Under the pieces are notes generated by a model, which saw only the letters and a list, made by a program, of their open reading frames with translations, was not told the origin of the DNA and did not search any database. The position numbers were made by a program, and so were the translations under genes. Source: Mesotaenium endlicherianum (lineage: Eukaryota). From it: a stretch of 37,100 nt of DNA. The DNA is taken from contig WELA01000395.1 of the NCBI GenBank assembly GCA_009602735.1, positions 205,199-242,298 of the forward strand. Direction: 5' to 3'. Each line of letters begins with the position of its first letter. The stretch's first letter is position 1. Positions 24,403 to 34,182 of the stretch are shown in pieces.

Positions 24403-25821
24403 ATGGCGGCTGAAAATAGCAATATGACGTTGGATATTAGTGCCGCTGCCTCTGGCGGTTGTCTCGCTCTGCACGCAATGCAGAGAACGCTAGTTGCCTT
24501 AATTAGCAACAAATCACATATCAGTCAACCAGAACACGACCTGCCTGTGTATGGCCCACCCACTCTGCTCAAATAGCAACGGACTGCAATTCTAGCCTCG
24601 TCCGTTGCGGGCTTGTTGGTTGTTGTCAATTCGATCATGGATGAATCCAGCGAGCTGGACAATAAGATCAATGACCTTTTTCGCACAGTCAACACTAGTA
24701 TGTGGTACATCAAGCCTCGCTCTACCCACTGGCATCACTTCATGAAAGAAGTGGTCGCAGAAGAGGATCCAGCCAGTTGGGCTCATCATTTTCGGGTCAC
24801 TGTTCCATTCTGGAGGAAACTCTGTCAGCAGTTGCATGACAAGATGGTTACTCACACACCTGAGTCTTTCTCCCTCATAGATAACAGAGTTATCGATGTG
24901 CAGACAATGGTTCTTGTAGGCTTGTCTAAGTTTGCCACTGGAATGTCCTACAAGTGGTTGTCGACTTGCTTTGGACTTGGCAAGTCTACCGTCATTAGAA
25001 TTGTGGACAAGTTTGCCACTGCCATATGTGAGGAACTAGGCCACAACCTCTCCATGCCACGCGAGGGACAGGCATTGCAGGATGCTATAGAAGCTAATTT
25101 TGCAGTGAAGGGTTTTCCTAATTGCGTTGGTGCCTTAGATGTCACCCACATCCAGATTCAGCTGCCTAACAATGTAGATGCAAGGGCATACATTGACAGG
25201 AACAAGAACTATAGCATCTCCCTACAGGCAGTGGTAGGCCAAAGTGGCCTCTTCTTTGACTGCAATGTTGGCTGTGTGGGGTCGATGCACGATGTGCGCA
25301 TTCTCCGGCGCTCGTACCTATGGGCACAAAATGCAGGGCATAACAGAATGTTCAGGGGACCCGCTATACGCATTGGGGATGTGGATGTTCCCCCATTCAT
25401 CATTGCAGATGGGGGATATCCCTGTGATCATTGGCTGGTTGTTCCCTTCCGTGAGAGCTTGCGCAACCCCCTCACTCAGCAGCTCAGAGATTTCAATTCC
25501 GCCCTCTCTTCCACTCGCATGATAGTTGAGAGGGCATTTGGGACTCTCAAGCAGACATGGCGCATGCTTGGGGGTAGAGTAAATCAGCCATCTGCAGTTG
25601 GCCGCCTTGAGCGTCAGATTTGTGCTTGCTGCATTCTGCACAACATGATGATACTTGAGAATGTAGACCCCTTGTTCTACGAGCGCCAAGAAAGGGGAGA
25701 AGATATTCTGATGCCTGAGCCGCAGCCGCAATTTGTCCCCTTTGGCCCCCCTGGAGATGAATTTGAGCATATTCTTGAAGATCAGGTTGCAGGGACAGCC
25801 TTAAGGGAGGCTATTTTTTAA
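24403..25821 (+). pseudogene. PIF/Harbinger (HARBI1/ALP1-like) DDE transposase
   Basis: NCVGALDVTHI, NYSISLQAVV, GSMHDVRILRRS, IIADGGYP, TRMIVERAFGTLK, CACCILHN. An in-frame ATG at 24403 is followed by a premature TAG at 24574; the catalytic part 24613-25821 is open. Confidence 0.92.
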
Positions 25822-26833
25822 CACTTGATGATATAGTCCAGCTTGCCTTAAAATGTAGCATAATCCCCCTTTATCAGGAATACAGGTAAGCTTACGAGCG
25901 ATATGGATTCATGATTTTATGCTAATTCTCAATTTGTACTTCACTCCCTTATTCGGGACATTATGCAAAGACACATTTCACTTTCCACATCCCTGCATAC
26001 CCTCATGTTTCACTTCCCTCACCCCCATGCATGTGACTTGGCCTTGACCTAGTGCATCTTCGGCTGTCGGTTAGCTGTCCTTTGCCATGCTGTGCTCATG
26101 TGGGCACTTCTCCCTGCTCTTCTCCACGGTTGGGTTTGTGTATCTATTTAAGCTCCACTAAACTGGTGTCTGGGGAGAGGGGGGGGAGGGGGAGAGGGAC
26201 ACTGTAGTTTGTGGTGGAGGTAAACATCCTGATAGTGCGCCCTATGAGTGAAACAGTGGGTTTGCGTGCCCCGTGTCTAATTGTCCCCCCTCTTCCCCGG
26301 GCCTTTCACTTGTCACAGGCCAGGTGGGGGGTGGCCCATTTGAAAACCTGCGCGAGCGGCGAATGAGCTTCACGGCGCTGGGCTGCTCTTGGCAGGCCTA
26401 GCAGCGGGTAGGTCCCCTCCTGAACTCTTCAATCTTGAACCCTAAATCTCTGAAACCTTAAAACTTTGGACCCTAAATCGCACACCTCTTGCCATGACCC
26501 ACAAATCGCTTCCCTCATGAGCAGCAAAAGGCTCTTCGTAAGTCCCTCTCCCTCCTTACTCTCTCCCTCCCTCCCTCCCTCTCTCTCCCCCCCCCCTTTT
26601 CTCCTTCCCTCTCTTCCTCCCTCCTCTCTCTCCCTCCCTCCCTTCCTCCTTCCCTCCCTGTGTGTGCGTGTGTAAGCAAGTTCTTTAGTAGACACTCCTA
26701 GCCACGACGGAGAGGAGGGATGGCAGCTTGAAAGAGGGAAGGAGAGAGAAGGATCCCTTTGTCTCTGAGATTACATGCACACTGACACGGGTTCATGCAC
26801 GTCCTTCTGTATCCGGACATGGTGCGTGTCCAG

Positions 26834-27182
26834 GGATAGAACGGGCTGCTGGAGAGCCCCACCGACACGGGCAAGACCCTCTGCCTGCTGTGCGCCACCC
26901 TGGCATGGCGAGCCAGCCTGGCGCCCGGTTGGACCGCTAGCCTGGTGTTCCCTCCCGGCTCCTCGAGCCCGTGCCAGACAGGGGCAATGATCTCCTTAGC
27001 CTCAGTCCTCTGGAGGTTGGAGACCGCTTGACACTGTCTCCGTGGGGAGAGGGAGCCTTTAGCCAGCCAGGCGACGCAGACGCGCTAGGTGGCAAGAAGA
27101 AGCTGCCAACCATCGTGTACGCGTCGTAGACGCACAATCAGCTGCACCAGGTGGTGTGCGAGCTCAATGCCACCCAGTACAG
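26834..27182 (+). pseudogene. RTEL1: Degenerate RTEL1 helicase exon (motifs I and Ia)
   Basis: cag|[25 protein letters not shown], then a frameshift, then KLPTIVYAS*THNQLHQVVCELNATQYR|gt. Compare RTEL1 [20 protein letters not shown] and IYASRTHSQL.QV..EL...YR. Confidence 0.85.
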
Positions 27183-28808
27183 GTGGCGCTCTCTCCTGCT
27201 CCCCAGTTCTAAATTCTAAAAGCCAAACTCCTGCCCCCTCCCTCCCTTCTCCTCCTCCCTGCCCCCTTTCCAAAGCTCACGCTATGTTAGTGCTACATCA
27301 TTTATGCTGGTGCTCTGGCTCGCACGTAAACGCCAACACTCTAGATGCGCTTACGGCAACACTTGCACTGATGCTCGTGCTCACACTGCGCTGTCACTGA
27401 CACTGAGGCCGCCAATGCTTGCGCCCACGCTGCGCTTCCGCTGGCGCTCCCGCTTACGTGCAAGGTGCTTACGTGTGCATCTGTGTGCAACTTATTAATA
27501 GCTCATAGTGCTCCCTCAGGTTGGCAGACCCAATGGGCCGCAAGTTTCTCGCTCTCCTCCCCCACTCCCCTCCTCCCCCCCCTCCGCTCCTCCCTCCTTA
27601 CCCCTCCGTCTTCTTGATTTTTATCCAATGGTCTGCAATGTGCTTGCTCTTCCAGCCCCTCCCTTTTTACCCTTTCCATGGCCCTAGAAAACTTTTCGAC
27701 AGCTGGCAGGGATCGCTCTCCCTCGCCTCTTTAATTCCCTTATGTAAACATGATTTTGTGAGAAAAGCAACTTGCTACTCCCCCAGCCCCTAACCCTGCC
27801 CCTGCTCCTGCCCCTCCGCCCGCCCCTTTGCCCACCCTTGTACGTGCCTTCATTGAACCCTCAATTCAAAGGCGTAAGACCTAGATGTTGAGCCTGGTCA
27901 ATAAAACCCAACACTGTGAGTCTCACACCCTGAACCCTAACTTAGACTTAAAATCCTAATTTATGCCCTGAACCCTAGAATTCAAACCTGAGCGCCAAAA
28001 GTCAAACCCGAACCTTTATACTTAGTAACCTAATGCTCGTAATTCTTGCCCGGAGGTGTTGGCCCTGTGAAGGGCTCAGACAGTCGGCCCCAAACTAGCT
28101 GGTTCTGGTTGTGCCGCGTGACGACATGTGTCCTGCTGTTGGGGGGGCACTACTGCGGTTCTCAGCCTGCACAGTTCCTCCCACGGGGGGGGGAGGTGTG
28201 GGGCTGGGAATGGACGTGCCGAAGATTGTTTTCATGCAAGGGAAGGGCATGCGCGTGCCTGCATGACTAGTAAGGTTGTAATAGCTGAACAACTGGCACG
28301 GACTAGGCAAAGGTATATTTGCTCATGCACCCAGTTGTGCTCTGTTGTGCCATTCTGTGTGCTGGGCCGTTGCAAACTGCGCTAGAAAATAGGGTGTGCT
28401 GTCATGCAGGTTCTCCCCCGGAGAGTTGGCGATGAGTCTCTGGGTGTGAAGGCAAAGCCTTCGACAGGCTTCAATGTGATCAACTCCTTCAACGAAACCA
28501 AACTAGACACAACTAGAGTAGACTAACACAGCAGCATGGCATCAGCTGAGCCCGTAACAATTGTGTTTGAAGAGATACAGGAGTTGAGGTTAGGGGGATA
28601 GTGAATGCATGTTATGTGATGGTGCTGGAGCAGCCACTGTCACACACAAAAGTCCTTGAAAAAAGTACAGCAGCATGAATAGTCTCACTGGACATTATAA
28701 ACTTTACCAATAATATCTGAGGTGTGCATGCATCAGATCGAATAATATTATAATTTGGAAAGTGTGTGCACATGACTGTGGAAGCACAGTGAAGAGAGCA
28801 GTACACAA

Positions 28809-29749
28809 TGTAACGATTTGAGCTTTTTAGGCATATTTGGGACGTTTTCCCAATTACCTAAAATACGTTATACTATTTATGATAAGTTATTTGATAAATG
28901 ATTGCATCACATTGAATTATTCGCCACACACGTGTGCCGATAAATTCCCGGTCGATTGGCCAAACGACCGAGATACTATTGCAAAAAGCGTCGCAACGTA
29001 ATTCGACTACTTCGCAAAAGTACGACATAATTATTCATAAAGTTACTTTGAATAATTATGAGATGATAATTTAATTAATCATTGTTTGATTAAGTTATTT
29101 TGATTGTCATTATTACGAATAATGGACAATCACAGATTTCGGATTACGACTAGTCGTAATACGAAGAAACTGTCGTATCATTAATACGAACAAACAGTCT
29201 TAAAGTCAAACGAAACGGAATATGCAAAGTCGCTTTGCATCCGAGCGGATTCGAACCCGCGACTTTCGTTTGGAATGTTCACACCTAACCGGTTGGCCAA
29301 AGTAGCTTTTTAAACTACCGGTTCATGACAAAAGCATCTGTACGCGACTCCGCGATCAATCGCGACTTTTTCGAAAAGTTGCGAGAACGCGAAAACGCTC
29401 GTTTGGCGCGAAACGGTTTTTCGGAAACCGTCGAAAAGTCTCCAAACGGCCAACTGCGCGTTTCGAGCATTCGGCCGAATGGGACACGTCCCTTCGACCG
29501 TTTTCGTTGAACATGAACCAGTGCCCTAGGTGGTGACTCGAAGCACTCCAGTGCCTCATGTTGTGCAGGTATAAATACCTGCAGAGTCATTGTGAGTGCA
29601 ACTCTCACATGCACACATTCTACGTTAGTTTTCACTTTCGCTCTTTCGAGTATTCGTCAATTTCCACGAGTATATAGATTTTCCTCCCACTTGAATTAAT
29701 ATTCCTTGAATACCGAGGAAAGATCCTCTCGAAAAGCAGAAACGTCACA
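28809..29749 (+). mobile_element. Solo LTR (941 bp)
   Basis: Begins TGTAACG and ends CGTCACA. Perfect 5-bp TSD CACAA (28804-28808 and 29750-29754). TATAAATA at 29570. AT-rich, CpG-rich composition distinct from the flanks. Confidence 0.85.
29236..29306 (-). pseudogene. tRNA-like segment (Pol III A-box and B-box) inside the solo LTR
   Basis: Minus strand reads GCTACTTTGGCCAACCGGTTAGG...ATTCCAA...GTCGCGGGTTCGAATCCGCTCGGATGCA. A-box-like TGGCCAACCGG and B-box GGTTCGAATCC lie at tRNA spacing; acceptor and anticodon stems pair poorly. Confidence 0.6.
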
Positions 29750-30123
29750 CACAATCTGTATGCATTTGTGTTATGTGAAGAGCGTGTGTCCGTCTCTAGC
29801 ACACGAGGGAGAGTTCGGCAAAAAGCAGGTACAAGTGCATGACCACATTGAAGCATGTGCACAATGAACTGAACAACATGTGCTAGTGAGATGACATAAG
29901 CGAACCATAATGAAAGGTTGTCGTTGTGTGCTTCTCAATGAGACACAAACTAAGCAAAAGGTACAACATGCTGAAAACCATCTGCAAAAAAAAGGAAAGC
30001 TTTGAATAATGACATGGAAGAGGTACATTTGCAAATAAAGAATATGCTAGCCTGGCTAAATGTTACAGATGCATACTGAAAAGGCTTACAACAATAACAT
30101 ATTTCATGAATCAAACACCACCC

Positions 30124-31446
30124 TCAGGTATCACTCTCAGGTGTACCAGCACGTGTCTCGTGCGCTTGAGAAGCACGTCTCCCAGCAACACTATCTACAA
30201 GTTGCTTGACAGCATCAGACATGTCACGGCCTACGTCTTTACTGACAACAAATGACTCACGCGCAAGGCCTACATCAATGTCATTCCTTTGCTTAGCAAG
30301 CTTGATCCTCAACTCATACTTGTCAACAACAATTTTCATGTGCATCTGTGTTGCCTCCCTAAGGGCAGCAACAGTGTGGTTACTACTCTCAAGTAGAGCA
30401 TCTATCATCTTCTCCTGTCTGCTAGCAGTATTAGCAGCATGCATCTCAAAGTCACTAGCTTTTCTCTTCTTTTGACCAACTTTGACAGAGTCAGTCCTGC
30501 CAGCAGCAGAAGAGGGCGGAGTGACAGAGGGAACCGGTGATGCCGAACGAGCTTGACGTTGTGGCGTGGTTGAACGCCTGTTAGGGGTGGGCTCTTCTCC
30601 ACGAGAAGGAAATGACATCCCAGATAAGCCCCCACGCGGCACGCTTGCAGGCGATGAACGTTGGGCCCGTGGAGGTGGAGAGAAGGCAGTAGGGACACTT
30701 GGGCAGTCTCATCCTCGGGCAAGAGGTCATCATCATCGATGTCCACAGGGAGTGGTGCAGACTGGTCCCTTGCCGGTCCTTTTCCGCGGGCTGATGGAAG
30801 GTCCTGCTCTCCCTCACGCAAATTATCTCCATATTGATAGGTGGGGGTTGCCCCCAGACCCAACAACAGTAGCGGTGCAGCACCCCCGCTAATACGAAGA
30901 GTTTGAGCACGTTCTGTGGCTCTAGCCTTTTGAATTGCATTATGATCCTGCTCCCCGAGATTTTAAAAATGCCACCTTATCCCCTGCCCTCTTTTTCCAC
31001 TCATCATATACTTGCTCATCTGGCCAGTTTTTAGTCGGTTTGATGTTTAATATCTGCAAGTCTTCTTTTTGCAGCTGAAAAAAGGATGGAAAGTCAGAGG
31101 CGGGTCTATGCTCATAGTCGGCAATACGCTTAATCCCAACTAGCATTTTCTCAAAGAATCTCTTCATTGCCATACCACTATGTGCAACCCTTGTCAGAAT
31201 GGTCAACCTTTTGGCCACTTCATCCCACTCTGCAGGAGGAAGAGTGTACTTGGCTCTGCAATTCTTTAGCTGTCCCATGAAGTCTCTATAGTCGTAAAGG
31301 GCACAAATTAGGTCAAGGCATTGTTGTTGACACCAGGAGGTGCCCTCCCCCCCCCCCTTATCCAAACCCCCCTCATCCCTCTTTGTTTTTGTCTTACGTT
31401 TCACAACTTGCTTCGACTTCGAAGCCGAGGACGTCGGTGCAGACAT
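30124..31446 (-). pseudogene. Harbinger partner gene: Myb/SANT (trihelix-like) DNA-binding protein with a helical C-terminus, frameshifted; possible upstream exon ~32369-32030
   Basis: SWCQQQCLDLI...EWDEVAKRL...KRFFEKMLVGIKRIADYE...SFFQL...EQVYDEW resembles trihelix Myb/SANT domains. It continues through ORFs 30405..30866 and 30124..30642 (KKRK NLS-like motif). Convergent with the transposase and inside the TIRs. Confidence 0.72.
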
Positions 31447-33332
31447 AGGAGGGGGGTTCAGCTGCAGGCAATACATAGATATCGTATACAATGTATACAT
31501 TGTAAGGAGAGAGGTACTCGAGGCATGAATACAAGGAAGTTCAGACTGCAAATATTGGGTCTGATGAGTAGTAGGTTTCACCTGTGTCATAGCAGACGAC
31601 TGTATTCTGGGTTGGGAGCCACACGCAGCCGTAGGGCAGGATGAAGAACAGCCTACAAAAAGAAGAATACAACAGTATTATGTAACAATTGTAACAACGC
31701 AGATAAAAAAAAAGCATTGATAAGTTACTGCAATGGACCCTGAAGGAAGATGCAATGAGAAAGATAACGACATGAGCGTACACATAATGAATGTGAGGAA
31801 AAGTTTTCCATAAATGTTGAAAGATGTGGAAGGGGTGTGGAAGGAGTGAGAGAAAGTAACTGGTCCTTGAAGCACTGCTGGAAAAGTAACAGGTGAGGGT
31901 GTGAAGTCTTTCGCCTGCAAACAAAGAATGGCCACTTTCAGGAAGGGTCCGAGGCAGCTTCTGGCCTACTGATGCAATAATTGAGATGAAGAATGCTAAG
32001 CACATCATCAATAAAGATTGTCAGAGGATGTATCTGCTCCTGATTACTAGTTGGAGACATGACGAGCTGTGTATTGTCAACTGTTGTGGATGATTTGACG
32101 GGCGACTGCACTTGGTGCTGCACGGGAGTGCCGGCGGATACGTTAGGGCTCTTCCAGGCAGGATGGACGCCAGTGCCCAATGCAGGAAGGGGTGGCCTAT
32201 TGCCAAAGAGGCAGGATGGTACTACGCCGGCGAATGATGGAGGTGTAGGCTGAAAGAGTGGGGCTGGTTTGCCTGTGTTCGATGCTGCTGCATAGTAGCT
32301 TTGACGAAGGTACTGCAAGTATTGCAGCTTAGCAGGCGATATAAAAGGAACACACGCGGGGTTGTTCATGGTGAGAGAAGTAGGAAATAAGAACAAGACT
32401 AGAATTGCGTGCCATGGTGTGTCATGTACACTCTTGTTTGAACTGGCAAAGACAAGGAGATGGATTGGATTGTGGCACTTCTAGAATGGGCTTTGAATTG
32501 TAATGGAGGGAAACGAGAAGATGGAACCAAAAATTGGAGTGGCATGTTTGAAATTTTGGCTCACGGAATTGGAACCATCTGTAGTCGACTTTTGCCATGC
32601 CCAAAAAAATACCCAGGGACAGATACGTACCTCGGGCGGCCAAATACGAGGTACACATTTGCGAGTGCTCATGTTGTTACACACAAAAAGCGACCAATGA
32701 ACTACCAGGGTCTTACGTAATTCAAGGACTTGAGTTTTTTGAAGTAGTGAAGACTAGTCTTCACAAAAACTCCCCTCCGGAGTACCTGGAGGCACTCGTC
32801 GAGATGCGGGTTCTATTTGGCAACAGAGGGGCGTGCATGGCGACAAATTTGTGTGCATCTGACGATTTCAAAGAAATATTCTCAACATAAAAGCGAGTTT
32901 TGTGGATAAACAAGATATCCTCCTCGACGAATGAATCTTCCCCAGTACACGAGTTTGCGAAAGGTGGTAGTTTCTAGGTGCAAATTGACGTGCGGGTATG
33001 CAAGTTTTGCTCAATGGGGCCGGACTGTAAGTTCGGACACCTTGCTTTCACATTCGCACGATAAGCAGAAATGGAGACGTTGCGTTAGCGAGAACCCGAA
33101 TTGACCTCAATTTTGAAAAGTTTAATTGAATCGAGTTTTGTCCAGTTCAATTGCAAAAAGTACACCTGTTCAATTGCGGACGATTTTTTTAAAAACCACT
33201 GTGTATTACTTTTAGCGACCACTTTTTTGCAATTGAAACTTTGGTGGACCAGCGGGTACAAGATTGCACTCTAATTGAATTGAATCGTTCTGCCCACTTT
33301 AAATGGGCCCTATAGTAAGGGGCTTCGGGACG

Positions 33333-33582
33333 CACACCGAAATGGGGAGTACGCAAGAAGAGTTGGCTGAGGTACGTGAAACGAGACGCCGTGGGGTACG
33401 CGAGAAGAGATGGAAGGGGTACGCGAAGGGAGACGCCGTGCGGTACGCGAGAAGAGATGGCAGGAGTACGTGAAGGGAGATGTACGCGAGAAGAGATGGC
33501 AGGGGTACGTGAAGGGAGTCGCCGTGGGTACGCGAGGAGAGATGGCAGGGGTACGTGAATTAGGAGGCAGGGGTACGCAAAG
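33333..33582 (+). repeat. Array of about 11 GGGGTACG(C/T)GA motifs; two more copies at 23628-23660 on the other side of the Harbinger
   Basis: Units alternate GTACGCGAGAAGAGATGGCAGG and GTACGTGAAGGGAGACGCCGTG. Confidence 0.85.
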
Positions 33583-34182
33583 CGACTTGTTGACCACGCA
33601 GGTTGAGTGTTGGACAAAGACCGTTATATCCAGACCGTTATATCGCTCAAATTTGGTGCTAATATAGGGCCCCTGGATTCAAGCGTCAGGGAGCGTTAAG
33701 ACGTTCTTTGATTGTACTACAGTATTGAAACGGTAGCTCGTCATCGTCGACGTCGTCAGGTGATGTGCTTTGGCACTCGACCAAGCCGGAGACGTGGAGG
33801 AAACTTATGAATTTCCATGAACACAGCTCAAATGCCAAAAAAGTGGGAGTAATAATCACGAAACGCATCAGAAGCAAGTTAATTGCAGCATAGAAGTTCG
33901 AGTGGAATCTCCTTTGGATTTCCTGACTGAGGTTCGGGGGCTCTTGTTTGATTGTCTTTGTGACGTTATCCCTCCTTAACAGGGGAAAGCCTTGCATCGT
34001 CTGGTTCAGCTACTAGAAGCACTTTATATTAAACGTTTGAGAATTCATAGCTTTCCTTAATAAAAGGTAATTGGCAAGTGTGCCACTGTTTCTTCTTCGA
34101 GAAACATATAAACTAGAGATTGTCAATTGACGTCTCGTCCAAGAGCAGCTGTGCTGCGAGTTCTCAGGCGCAACATCTGAGC

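Larger units (their letters stand above)
23683..33310 (+). mobile_element. PIF/Harbinger DNA transposon (~9.6 kb) with internal cargo
   Basis: Left end GGGCCAGTTTACAGTGGCCAAACGCGTTCGATTCAATT and the reverse-complemented right end GGGCCCATTTAAAGTGGGCAGAACGATTCAATTCAATT match at 28 of 38 positions. TAA precedes the left end; TAT follows the right end. It encloses a DDE transposase and a convergent Myb/SANT-like gene. Confidence 0.82.

Noticed and set aside
24613..25821. Domesticated HARBI1/ALP1 host gene
   Set aside because: It lies within TIRs with a decayed Myb/SANT partner and has an upstream in-frame stop, so a transposon copy is more likely.
29236..29306. Functional tRNA-Gly(TCC) gene
   Set aside because: Acceptor and anticodon stems do not pair and the T-stem is one base short; kept only as tRNA-like.
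33686..33997. 103-aa minus-strand ORF divergent from STE24
   Set aside because: No recognisable domain or supported exon structure.
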